DNA of 64,000 nt from an uncultured delta proteobacterium (lineage in GTDB: Bacteria; Desulfobacterota; Binatia; HRBIN30; BPIQ01), in contig CAVXGR010000017.1 of NCBI GenBank assembly GCA_963761335.1, positions 318,093 through 382,092 of the forward strand, given 5' to 3'. Shown here piece after piece: positions 18,928 through 27,877 of the stretch. The notes beneath the pieces are model-generated. The model was not told where the DNA came from. It saw only the letters and a program-made list of their open reading frames with translations, and did no database searches. Numbering within the stretch: position 1 is the first letter of the stretch; each line of letters opens with the position of its first letter. The position numbers and the translations under genes are program-made.

Positions 18928-20436
18928 TCATCGGCCCACGTTCGGGTCGCGCTGGATGGCGCGGGCGCGGACGGTGAACACGCTGTCGCCGCTGAGGATG
19001 CCGCCGCGGCCGAACAGTCTGCCGTGTTGCCAGTTGGAAAGGCCGAGCTCCGGGCGGTCGAGGGCGTACTGTCCGTCGACCCAGCGAGTGAAGCCGTTGC
19101 CGACGAAGGCGGCGTTGACGCGCCCGTAGAAGTGGCGCTGTGCGGCCTCGTCGTCGCTGATCAGGCTGGCGATGAACTGCGGGCTGAATCGGTTGAAGAG
19201 GTCGACGGCCTGGTCGACGGAGTCGACCAGCTTGAGAGTGACCTCCGGGGTCTCCTCCCACTCCCATTCGCGACCGAGCATGTCCTCGGGGAGAGTGGTG
19301 GCCTGCGGCTCGCGCACGTCGCCTTCGGCGCGGCGCACCTCGACCTGCATGGTGTAGAGCGCCGACGGCACCGCGCCGCGATCCTCCTCGACGACGTGCA
19401 GGCGGAACCCGTGTCCGCGCCGCGCCGCCGCCTTCTGGAGGCTGTCCAGAAAGACGCCAACCAGGTCGCCGGCGCGGGCGCGCACGATGCAGCAGACGTT
19501 GAGGGTGTTGCAGACCTTGCGGTCGAGCGAGTGGAGCACAGCGGCGCCGAAGACCGCCGGGCTCGCCGCCTCGCCGGCGACGATCCAGGCGCCGCCGGTG
19601 CCGTGCAGGCTCACCGGCACGCCCGCTTGCTGGGCCAGCGCCCCGAGCGTGGCCACCGCCGCTCCCGAGCCGCGCGCCACGGCCAGAGCCAGGCGCCGGT
19701 CGGCGAAGAGCGCCCAGCCGGCGGCGTGCTCGGGGCTGTCGATCAGGCACACGGCGCCCGCGGGAAGGCCGGCGGACTCGAGGGCCGGGGTCAGCGCCGT
19801 CGCCATGACGGCGCGGGCGGTGCGCAGCGCGTCGCTGCCGATGCGGAAGACGACGGTGTTGCCGCCGCGCAGGACGCCGGTGGCGTCTGCCAGCACGTTG
19901 GGGCGGCCCTCGAAGACGAAGGCGACGATGCCGAGCTCGGCGCCGAGGAGCTCGAGGGTCCAGCCCTCGTGCTCGACGGTCTCCAGAACCCGGCCGCGTT
20001 GTGAAGGCGCATCGATCCAGCCGCGCAGTCCCTGAATCATGCCGCGGCGCATGTCCTCGCTGGCCACCAGTCGCGTGGTCGAGCGGCCGCGCCGGCGGGC
20101 ATCCTCGACGTCGGCTCCATTGGCGCGGGCGATCTCGTCCCAAATGGCGTCGGATTCGAGACGCCCGGCGAACTCTTCGTAGAAGCGGGAGATCTGCGCG
20201 TCTGCCACCGAGCCCATGCCGGCGAAGGCCGCCGCGGCGCGCGAGACGGCTTCGGCGGCGATGTGCTTCTGCGCCGCCGGGATCAGCAGCAGCTCGCCGG
20301 TGCGCTCGACGACGACCAGCGAGTCGCCGGGCGAGAAGCGCTGCGCCAGCTCAGCGGGCACGCGCGCCACGCGATCGCCGCCGAAGACGATCTCCATTCC
20401 CGGGCGCAGCTCCGTCAGTTGGAAAGTTTGTGGCAT
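18928..20436 (-). CDS. Glutamate-5-semialdehyde dehydrogenase-like (divergent ProA, ALDH fold)
   Basis: LGIVAFVFEGRPNV, VARGS, KVCNTLN, VGNGFTRWVDG, PELGLS motifs. Confidence 0.75.
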   Translation of the reverse strand: MPQTFQLTELRPGMEIVFGGDRVARVPAELAQRFSPGDSLVVVERTGELLLIPAAQKHIAAEAVSRAAAAFAGMGSVADAQISRFYEEFAGRLESDAIWDEIARANGADVEDARRRGRSTTRLVASEDMRRGMIQGLRGWIDAPSQRGRVLETVEHEGWTLELLGAELGIVAFVFEGRPNVLADATGVLRGGNTVVFRIGSDALRTARAVMATALTPALESAGLPAGAVCLIDSPEHAAGWALFADRRLALAVARGSGAAVATLGALAQQAGVPVSLHGTGGAWIVAGEAASPAVFGAAVLHSLDRKVCNTLNVCCIVRARAGDLVGVFLDSLQKAAARRGHGFRLHVVEEDRGAVPSALYTMQVEVRRAEGDVREPQATTLPEDMLGREWEWEETPEVTLKLVDSVDQAVDLFNRFSPQFIASLISDDEAAQRHFYGRVNAAFVGNGFTRWVDGQYALDRPELGLSNWQHGRLFGRGGILSGDSVFTVRARAIQRDPNVGR

Positions 20437-20599
20437 GGCCAGTCTCGGTCCACCGTCATGTTAGAAACCGCTCGCGGCGATGTCCAGCGCCTGTGCACGA
20501 GCGTGGCGAGGGGGATGTTTCGCCCTGTCAGAACGAATGGAGAACGACGGGACGAGGACCGGGAATGAGAATGGAGAACGAAAAGCTACCCGCGTGCAC

Positions 20600-21514
20600 T
20601 CATACCCGCTCGCGGCGGCGCTGGTGGGCGGCGCAGACCTCGGCCCCGGCGAGGACGATCAGCCAGCCGATGTAGATCCAGGCGAGCAGGATCGGCAGCT
20701 GCCAGAGGGCGCCGTAGATCGCCGAGAAGCGGACCAGGGAGATCATGAAGTTCACGTAGGCCCACTGGGCCAGCTGCCAGAGGGTGCCGGCGACCACGGC
20801 GCCGACGATCGCCGAGCGCCGCGAGACGCGGGCGTTCGGCAGCACGTTGTACATAATCGTGAACATGGTGAAGAGCACGGCGTAGGGCACCAGGCGCAGC
20901 AGCACCACCAGGTAGCTGCCGAGGAAGGCGTTCTCCACCACCTGGCGGGCCGCGGAGCCGCGCCGGAAGAGGGCGGTGAAGGCGAGCGCGATGAGCAGGA
21001 GCGTGGGGCCGGTGACGGCGACGGCGGCGTAGGCGCGCAGCTTGCGCCACACGGAGCGACCCGGGAGACGGCCCCATATGACGTTGAAGACCAGCTCGAC
21101 GCTGCCGAGGATGCCGGCACTCGCCAGGCACACGGCCACGACGCTGACCACGCCCACGGCGGCCAGATTGGTGCGGTCGATGAAATGCACGATCGGCAGG
21201 GCGACGTCGCGCGAGCCGGCGCCGATGGTGGTGGCGATGAACGGCGTGAGCTCGCGGTGGAGATCGAGGTACTTGATCACCGCGAACAGCGAGGTGAGAA
21301 CCGGCACCAGACCGATCACCGTGTAGTAGGCGAGGGCCGCCGCCCACTGGAAGCACAGGTCGCGGATGTACGCGAGCACCGCTTCCGGCAGCACGGCGAA
21401 GAGCAGCACGATCTCGCGCGCCAAGAGCGTGGGTGCCCGCCGCCAGAGAGCAGGAACCTTTTCCGGTGTCACCCGGAGCGGCTCATCCGCCGAGGTCTGC
21501 GTCGACGACTCCAT
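20600..21514 (-). CDS. YihY/virulence factor BrkB family membrane protein
   Basis: AAALAYYT, FNVIWG, YNVLPN, IYGA...LPILLAWIY.GW.IVL.GAE. Confidence 0.9.
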   Translation of the reverse strand: MESSTQTSADEPLRVTPEKVPALWRRAPTLLAREIVLLFAVLPEAVLAYIRDLCFQWAAALAYYTVIGLVPVLTSLFAVIKYLDLHRELTPFIATTIGAGSRDVALPIVHFIDRTNLAAVGVVSVVAVCLASAGILGSVELVFNVIWGRLPGRSVWRKLRAYAAVAVTGPTLLLIALAFTALFRRGSAARQVVENAFLGSYLVVLLRLVPYAVLFTMFTIMYNVLPNARVSRRSAIVGAVVAGTLWQLAQWAYVNFMISLVRFSAIYGALWQLPILLAWIYIGWLIVLAGAEVCAAHQRRRERV

Positions 21515-21555
21515 TGTCGGTGTCCGGGGGTGGCTTCAGCCGGCGGAGAAGCCGC

Positions 21556-22005
21556 TCAGTCGAGGCCGCGTCGCACGACGAAGGCCGGACACGGAGCGTG
21601 GCGGATGATCTTCTCCGCCACCGAGCCCATGAGCAGGTGTTGAATGCCGCTGCGCCCATGGGTGGCGATGACGATCATGTCGGCCTTGTACCGCTGCGCG
21701 ATATTGAGGATCTCGCTCGTCGGATCGCCCTCCTCGACCAGCAGGACACAGTGCGGATAGCTTTCCAGCTTTTCCTGGCGGAGAACCTCGAGATTGTCCG
21801 CCGCCTGCTTGCTGACGTCCTCGAAGGGCACCGCCACCTCTTGGTCCTCGAACTGGAACTCGTTGCTGATCGGCTCGTGGAGGATGTGGGGGATGACCAA
21901 GGTGCCGTTCGAGAGCCGGGCGAAGCGAAGCGCGTACTCGAGCGCGCGATACGAGGCCTCCGAGAAATCGGTGGGACAGATGATCGTCTTGAACTCCCGC
22001 GGCAT
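21556..22005 (-). CDS. Universal stress protein
   Basis: IICPTDFS, GDP, DMIVIATHGRSG...LMGSVAEKIIRHAPCP. Confidence 0.93.
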   Translation of the reverse strand: MPREFKTIICPTDFSEASYRALEYALRFARLSNGTLVIPHILHEPISNEFQFEDQEVAVPFEDVSKQAADNLEVLRQEKLESYPHCVLLVEEGDPTSEILNIAQRYKADMIVIATHGRSGIQHLLMGSVAEKIIRHAPCPAFVVRRGLD

Positions 22006-22056
22006 CGATGCACCTCGGTCTCAGGATGCCGTTTTTTGAGCGCCCTGCAAGAGAAA

Positions 22057-22253
22057 GGGTGTTGGGTGTTGAGGTATTGGGTGTTGGGGGAGAGAAAAGG
22101 CAATGGAGAATGGAGAACCGGTGACCGGTGATGCAAAACCGCCAAATGGCAGTTTCCGCATTGGCCGGTTCTCCATCACCGGTCACCGGTCTTTCATTCT
22201 CCATTTCTCGTCTCTTCTCCCCAACACCTCAACACCCAACACCGCAACACCCC
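22057..22253. repeat. Nested palindrome of heptamer/octamer tandem repeats
   Basis: GGTGTTG-type x4 / AATGGAG x2 / ACCGGTG x2 / AACCGCCAA, mirrored by TTGGCCGGTT / CACCGGT x2 / CATTCTCCATT / CAACACC-type x4. Confidence 0.88.
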
Positions 22254-22256
22254 GTT

Positions 22257-23468
22257 TCAGGCGACGATGCCGTGGCGATGCAGCTCGGCAATTTCCTCCG
22301 CGGGCAGACGCAAGACGCGCCGCAGGACAGCGTCGGTGTGCTCGCCCAGGAGCGGTCCGGGAGCGTCCACGAACCCGGGGCGGTCGGAGAGCTGGAAGGG
22401 AATGCCGTCCAGGGTCACCGAGTCTCCCTCGGGAGTCGGCACGGTCACCCAGTAGCCGCGGGCGCGCAGCTGCGGGTCGTGCCGGCAGAGGTCCTCGGCG
22501 TCGGCGACCACGGCGGCGGCGATGCCGGCGCCCTGCAGCGCCTCGGCGACCTCTTCGGCGGAACGCCTGCGCGTCCAGCGTTCGACGGCGGCACCGAGCT
22601 CCTCGGCGTGGCGCAGGCGCGATGTGGGATCGGCGAAGCGCGGCTCGGAGGTCCAGGAAGGGGCGCCGATGGCGGCGATGAAGCGGCGCCACTCGGCATC
22701 CCCGAAGACGGTGATGGCGCACCATCGTTCCCGGCGCGCGTGCGACTCGTCGTCGCGACAGCGGAAGACGCCGTCGGGGGCGGCGCCTCCCTCCGGCGAG
22801 CGGTTGCCCGTGGCGGGGCAGTCGCCTCCGGCGAGCACGCGCATCAGCGCGGGACCGGCGAGCGCCGTCAGATTCTCCAGCTGGGACACGTCGATGAGCT
22901 GTCCCGCGCCGGTGCGGCGGCGATGCCACAGGGCGATGACCACGGCGAGCGCGGCGCTGCCGCCGGCGGCCGTATCGGAGTAGGAGAAGCCCCAGCCGGC
23001 CGGCGCGCCGCCGGCATGGCGCATCGACAGGGTGTAGCCGGCGCGCGCCTGCAGCGTCGGACCATAGCTGACATAGTCGCGGTGCGGGCCGCTGCGCCCG
23101 AAGCCGGACATGCTGAGGGCGATGATGTCCGCTCTCAGCCGGCACAGAGAGGCGTAGTCGAGCCCCCAGTTGTCCATCACTCGGGCGCTGAAGTTGTCGG
23201 CGACCACGTCGGAGACGCGCACCAGGCTTTCCACCAGCTCGACGCCGCGGCGTTGGTTCATGTCGACGATCAGGCTCTGCTTGCCGCGGTTCAGATTGCC
23301 GCTGAGCCCGCCGCGGCGGCTGCCGTAGTCGAGGGCGTCGCGACGCTCGATCTTGATGACCTCGGCGCCCTGGTCACAGAGAAGCCGCATCGCCATGGGT
23401 CCGGCGACCACCCAGGTGAAGTCGAGGATGCGAACGCCTTCGAGTATGCGCCGGCGAGGCCGCGGCAT
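22257..23468 (-). CDS. Class III CoA-transferase (CaiB/BaiF), Asp-containing subunit
   Basis: GVRILDFTWVVAGP, GAEVIKIE, NRGKQS, FSYSD, GQLIDVSQ, PLLGEHT. Confidence 0.9.
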   Translation of the reverse strand: MPRPRRRILEGVRILDFTWVVAGPMAMRLLCDQGAEVIKIERRDALDYGSRRGGLSGNLNRGKQSLIVDMNQRRGVELVESLVRVSDVVADNFSARVMDNWGLDYASLCRLRADIIALSMSGFGRSGPHRDYVSYGPTLQARAGYTLSMRHAGGAPAGWGFSYSDTAAGGSAALAVVIALWHRRRTGAGQLIDVSQLENLTALAGPALMRVLAGGDCPATGNRSPEGGAAPDGVFRCRDDESHARRERWCAITVFGDAEWRRFIAAIGAPSWTSEPRFADPTSRLRHAEELGAAVERWTRRRSAEEVAEALQGAGIAAAVVADAEDLCRHDPQLRARGYWVTVPTPEGDSVTLDGIPFQLSDRPGFVDAPGPLLGEHTDAVLRRVLRLPAEEIAELHRHGIVA

Positions 23469-24700
23469 CAGACGACCCCGTCGCGCCGCAGCTGCTCGAG
23501 CGCCTCGCCGTCGACGCCGATCTCGGCGTAGATCTCGCGGTTGTGCTCCCCGGGGCGCGGCGGGCGGCGCGATATGCGCCACGGCGTGGCACTGAAGCGA
23601 TACGGAGCCCCGGGGTAGCACACCTGTCCCTCCGCCTCGCCGTGATCGACGTCGACGAAGAAGCCGCGGGCGCGCAGCTGCGGGTCGTCGGGAACTCTCT
23701 CGAGCGGCACGGCGGCCGCGTAGGGCAGGCGGCGCAGCTGCGCCGCCTCGGCGACCTCCTCGACGGAGCGATCGGCAACCCAGGCGTCGAGGACGTCAAA
23801 GAGGTGATCGCAGTGAGTGCGGCGATACTCGTGCTCCTCCCACTCGGGGTCAACGAGGTCGCGGGCGACGCCGTCCGCCCGCACCCATTCGAGGAGCGAG
23901 GTCCAGTCGCCGAGGATGGAGTGGAGAAGATGGCCGTCGCGGCAGCGCCCCAGGCGGAAGGTGCGGCTCCAGTGCAGCGTGCCGCGCCTCTCCTCGACGC
24001 TGCCGGTCTGCTGATAGAAGCTGCTGACGTGCTCGACGGCCGCAACCACACATTCCTGGATGCTCACGTCGATCCACTGGCCCCGGCCGGTGTCCTCGCG
24101 GCCGAGCAGGGCCAGGACGGCGGCGAAGGCCGCATAGGTCGAGGCGCTGTGGTATGCCTGCGGCCCGAGGGCGCGCAGCGGCGGCTCACCGGGATGCCCG
24201 TTGACGAAGACCATGCCCCCGGCCGCCTGCGCCACCGTGTCCGAGGCGCGCCAGTGGCGACGCGGTCCGGACTGTCCGAACGGCGTGACCGAGACCATCA
24301 CCAGACGGGGATTGTCGCGGCTGAGGTCGGCGTAGCCCAGGCCGCGCTCGTCGAGCCTTCCCGGTGGCTCGGACTCGATCAGGACGTCGGCGTCCTGCAG
24401 CAAACGGCGCAGCAGCTCGCGGCCGCGCGCCTCGTCGAGGTTGGCGGTGATGCCGCGCTTGCTGGTGTTGTAAAACTGGAAGAGAGGGCCCGGCGCTTCG
24501 CCGACACCGCCGGGTGAGGTGGCCCCGCGGGTCGGGTCGCCGCCGGGCCGCTCGACCTTGATCACGTCGGCGCCCATGTCGGCGAGGAGCTTGCCGCAGT
24601 AGCTGGCCTGCAGATCGCTGAGGTCGAGAACGCGGATGCCGTGCAGTGCCGAACGCGTCGATTGCATCGCGGGGCTCGCGTCCGGCGCGGTGGATGTCAT
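23468..24700 (-). CDS. Class III CoA-transferase (CaiB/BaiF), BbsE-like partner subunit
   Basis: GIRVLDL, LADMGADVIKVE.PGGD, NTSKRG, GRGQWIDVS, PRPGEHN; 1-bp overlap with next gene. Confidence 0.88.
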   Translation of the reverse strand: MTSTAPDASPAMQSTRSALHGIRVLDLSDLQASYCGKLLADMGADVIKVERPGGDPTRGATSPGGVGEAPGPLFQFYNTSKRGITANLDEARGRELLRRLLQDADVLIESEPPGRLDERGLGYADLSRDNPRLVMVSVTPFGQSGPRRHWRASDTVAQAAGGMVFVNGHPGEPPLRALGPQAYHSASTYAAFAAVLALLGREDTGRGQWIDVSIQECVVAAVEHVSSFYQQTGSVEERRGTLHWSRTFRLGRCRDGHLLHSILGDWTSLLEWVRADGVARDLVDPEWEEHEYRRTHCDHLFDVLDAWVADRSVEEVAEAAQLRRLPYAAAVPLERVPDDPQLRARGFFVDVDHGEAEGQVCYPGAPYRFSATPWRISRRPPRPGEHNREIYAEIGVDGEALEQLRRDGVV

Positions 24701-24837
24701 CTGCAGCGACGCATACGGCAGCGGGGCGCGAGCGTCAACGCACTCCCTCTCCTGGCGCGTCCCGTCAGGGGCGCGGGCACATTTCCCGGACGGAAAGGGA
24801 AAACGAAAACGGGGGCTCAAAAAATCTGCGAATTCGC

Positions 24838-24866
24838 TTGATGCCCTGCAAGGCCGTTGCTATAGA
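24838..24866 (+). promoter_or_regulatory. Putative sigma70 promoter for the NlpC/P60 gene
   Basis: TTGATG-17 bp-TATAGA with TG extended -10. Confidence 0.5.
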
Positions 24867-24942
24867 TCCTGGCGCGGCGGCGTTCAGCGGCTGCAAAGAA
24901 CACGACGAACGCCATCCGTGTGGTTGGCGGGGAAGGGGCGGC

Positions 24943-25798
24943 AATGGGCCTTGCCGTAGTAACCTCCCAACGGCGGTGTGGTTGGGCGGTAGTGGGGATG
25001 TCAACCATCCTTCTGCTGATCTTCAGTGTCCCGTCGGTGTCGCTCGCCGCGTCGTCGAAGAAGAAGTCGGCGCACAGCCGTGGCGCCAAGAAGTCGCACG
25101 CGGCTCTCGCCAGGAAGAAATCGCGGCCGAAGCACGTCGCCGCGGCGACGCGCGGCACGGGCTCGCGGCGAGGGGTCAAGCGAACCGCTTCGCGGTCGCG
25201 CGGTGCTCGACATGCGACGCGCCGCAACCGGCCGGCGCCGAAGGTGGCTGTGCGCAAGTACGATCTGCCGCCCCTCGACGAGGCGCCGCCGGTGGTCTCG
25301 GCGGCGGCCGAGCACCTGGGGACGCCGTACCGCTTCGGCGGCGACGATCCCGCCGGCTTCGACTGCTCGGGTCTGACCAGCCGTGTCTTTGCCGAGGTGG
25401 GCGTGTCGCTGCCGCACTCGGCGCGCGCCCAGTTCAACATGGGAGAGCCGGTGGAGATGTCGGAGCTCGAGCCGGGTGACCTGGTCTTCTTCAACACTCG
25501 CAGCCGAGGCCCGTCGCACGTGGGCATCTACGCCGGCGATGGTATGTTCATCCACGCGCCGCGCACCGGCCTCGGCGTACGCGTCGATCCGCTGGTCAGC
25601 TCGTACTACTCGAGCCACTTCATCGGCGCCCGCCGCATCGAGCCGCCCGGTGGACGCCACCAGATCGCCAGCGCCGCGCGCCGCATCATGCACGGCGCTT
25701 CGTACAACCAGCGGGCCTCCTACAAGGCGCAGATCATTCCCGCCGTCGTCCCCGAGTCGCTGGAGCTGGGCGCCTACTATCGCAAGGGCGGCGCTTAG
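24943..25798 (+). CDS. NlpC/P60 (C40) peptidoglycan endopeptidase with basic N-terminal region
   Basis: GTPYRFGG..P.GFDCSG, PGDLVFF, SHVGIYAG...FIHA; Lys/Arg-rich segment after signal peptide; start uncertain. Confidence 0.88.
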
Positions 25799-25804
25799 GA
25801 CGGT

Positions 25805-25853
25805 GTAGAAGCGGCGTCTCGCCGCTTCGAAGGCGCCGGGACGGCGCTTCTAC
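25805..25853. repeat. GTAG-type REP-like double hairpin (copy 2), between convergent genes
   Basis: GTAGAAGCGGCGTCTCGCCGCTTC..GCGCCGGGACGGCGCTTCTAC; reverse complement of 55-105. Confidence 0.8.
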
Positions 25854-25862
25854 TCTGTCGGC

Positions 25863-26657
25863 CTACTCGTCGTCGTCGGTTTTGCCCCGCGCCCCGACGC
25901 AGACGCCGCGCTTGGATGCGCGGATGAAGTCGAGCAGGGCGCGCCGCTCGTCGGAGAGCGGCTCGGCCTCGAGAGCGGCCAAGGCGCGGCCGAGGTGTGG
26001 CCGCCCGCGAAAGAGACGGGAGTAGGCGCGGCGCAGGTCGCGGATCTGGATGGCGGTGAACCCGGCGCGGCGCAGGCCAACGGCGTTGATGCCGCGCACG
26101 GTGTGGGTACCGTCCATGATGCAGAACGGCGGCACGTCGCGGCTGGTGCGCGACAGACCGCGCAGCAGCGCCAAGCGCCCGATGCGCACGTACTGATGTA
26201 CGACGCAGTTTCCGGAGATGAAGGCCTGATCGTCGGTCTCCGTGAAGCCGGCGAGCAGGGCGCCGGAGCAGAGGATGACGCGGTTTCCCACGCGTGCATT
26301 GTGGCCGACGTGGGCGTTTCCCATGATGTAGTTTTCGTCGCCGATCACCGTGCTGGTGCCGGGAGCCGTGCCGCGGTGCAGAAAGACGTGCTCGCGGATG
26401 ACGTTGCGATCGCCGATGCGGAGCGCGGTCTCGGCGCCGGCGTACTTGAGATCCTGCGGCTCGTCGCCGAGGATTGCACCGTAGTGGATGACGTTGTCGC
26501 GGCCGATCTGCGTGTGGCCGGTGATGACGGCGTGCGCCAGGATGCGGGTGCCGCCGCCGATCTGTGCCGGCCCCTCGATCACCACATAGGGGCCGACGTC
26601 AACGTCGGCGGCGAGCTCGGCGCGGCGGTCCACCTGCGCCGTCGGATGGATAGGCAT
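25863..26657 (-). CDS. lpxA: Acyl-ACP--UDP-N-acetylglucosamine O-acyltransferase
   Basis: IHPTA, hexapeptide repeats, PQDLKY, IRE...HRGT, AHVGHN, VHQY, DVPPF, GINAVGLRR.GF. Confidence 0.9.
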   Translation of the reverse strand: MPIHPTAQVDRRAELAADVDVGPYVVIEGPAQIGGGTRILAHAVITGHTQIGRDNVIHYGAILGDEPQDLKYAGAETALRIGDRNVIREHVFLHRGTAPGTSTVIGDENYIMGNAHVGHNARVGNRVILCSGALLAGFTETDDQAFISGNCVVHQYVRIGRLALLRGLSRTSRDVPPFCIMDGTHTVRGINAVGLRRAGFTAIQIRDLRRAYSRLFRGRPHLGRALAALEAEPLSDERRALLDFIRASKRGVCVGARGKTDDDE

Positions 26658-26670
26658 CGGCGCGCGGGGC

Positions 26671-26856
26671 TCAGTCGGCGGGCTCGTCCTGATCCGTGCC
26701 CGCCGGGCCCTCGAGCGACTCGCCCGGAATGCGATAACGCTCGCCCAGCCAGTCGGCCAGATCTCTCAATTGGCACCGCTCCGAGCAGAACGGCCGGAAG
26801 GGGTTGTCCTCCCAGCCCACCTCGATGCGGCATACCGGGCACCGCCTCGAGCCCAT
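26671..26856 (-). CDS. yacG: DNA gyrase inhibitor YacG
   Basis: CPVC...[20 protein letters not shown]. Confidence 0.92.
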   Translation of the reverse strand: MGSRRCPVCRIEVGWEDNPFRPFCSERCQLRDLADWLGERYRIPGESLEGPAGTDQDEPAD

Positions 26857-26875
26857 TGGCACCTCGAAACGCGCC

Positions 26876-27223
26876 TCAGCGCTTGCGGAAGAAGGAGTTC
26901 CCCTCGACGATGGTCGGCTTCTTGTGACGGGCAGACTGCAGCGGCACCCGGGCAACGGTTTCCCACATGGTGTCGCGAGCCCTCTTGATGCGCTGGCGCA
27001 GGGTCTCCCGCGCCGTGAGGCTGCCGTTCGAATCGCGGATGTCGTCGACGCGAACCTGCAGCTCGCCGGAGAGCTTTCCCTGGCGCAGAGTCAGCAGCAG
27101 CGAATCCGGCTCGGCACCCTGTCGAATCTGGTAGGTGAGATGCTTGTCGACGCGCCGGATCAGTGATCGCAGAACGGCTTCCTCGTCTGTTCCATATGTC
27201 TTCATCATCGTCGCTCGCCCCAT
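26876..27223 (-). CDS. Hypothetical protein
   Basis: Compact ORF co-oriented with yacG and lpxA, protein-like composition; start may be 27208. Confidence 0.6.
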   Translation of the reverse strand: MGRATMMKTYGTDEEAVLRSLIRRVDKHLTYQIRQGAEPDSLLLTLRQGKLSGELQVRVDDIRDSNGSLTARETLRQRIKRARDTMWETVARVPLQSARHKKPTIVEGNSFFRKR

Positions 27224-27357
27224 TCACTAGGAATAGCAATCGCCGCGGGCCGCCACAACCTGTGGGGGACACACCACCCAAGGAATTCTACTTTTTCAGG
27301 AAGCCGCTGACCAGCCCGATTCTGGCCTTGGCGGGTACGATCCTCTAAAAGGACCGC

Positions 27358-27783
27358 ATGGCCACCATTTTTACACGCATCATTCGCGGTGAGCTGCCGG
27401 CGCGTTTCGTCTGGCGCGACGACCGCTGCGTCGCCTTCCTGTCGATCAACCCCCTGCGGCCGGGACACACTCTGGTGGTGCCGATCGCCGAGGTCGACCA
27501 CTGGCTCGACCTCGAGGCGGACCTGGCACAGCACCTGACCGGTGTCGCGCAGACGGTCGGCAAGGCCATCCAGCACGGCTTTGCGCCGACCAAGGTCGGG
27601 CTGATGATCGCCGGCCTGGAGGTGCCGCACACCCATCTGCACCTGGTGCCGATCAATCGCGTCCACGATCTCGACTTCGCCAACCAGGACCTGAGCCCGA
27701 AAGCCGAAGACCTCGAGCGCGCCGCCGAGACCATCCGCGAGTCGCTGCGGGCGTTGGGGTTCACCGCGCCGTTGGCGCGGTAG
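27358..27783 (+). CDS. HIT family protein
   Basis: TIFTRII.GE.P, AFLSINP..PGHTLVVP, VPHTHLHLVP. Confidence 0.93.
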   Translation: MATIFTRIIRGELPARFVWRDDRCVAFLSINPLRPGHTLVVPIAEVDHWLDLEADLAQHLTGVAQTVGKAIQHGFAPTKVGLMIAGLEVPHTHLHLVPINRVHDLDFANQDLSPKAEDLERAAETIRESLRALGFTAPLAR

Positions 27784-27877
27784 CTACCGAATGAGCTGAC
27801 CGGAGCCGGTCAGCAGCGCCAGGACCGGGAGGGCGAGCCAGGCACGGCGGCTCCGCCCTCCCTCCCAAGGAGACGGG

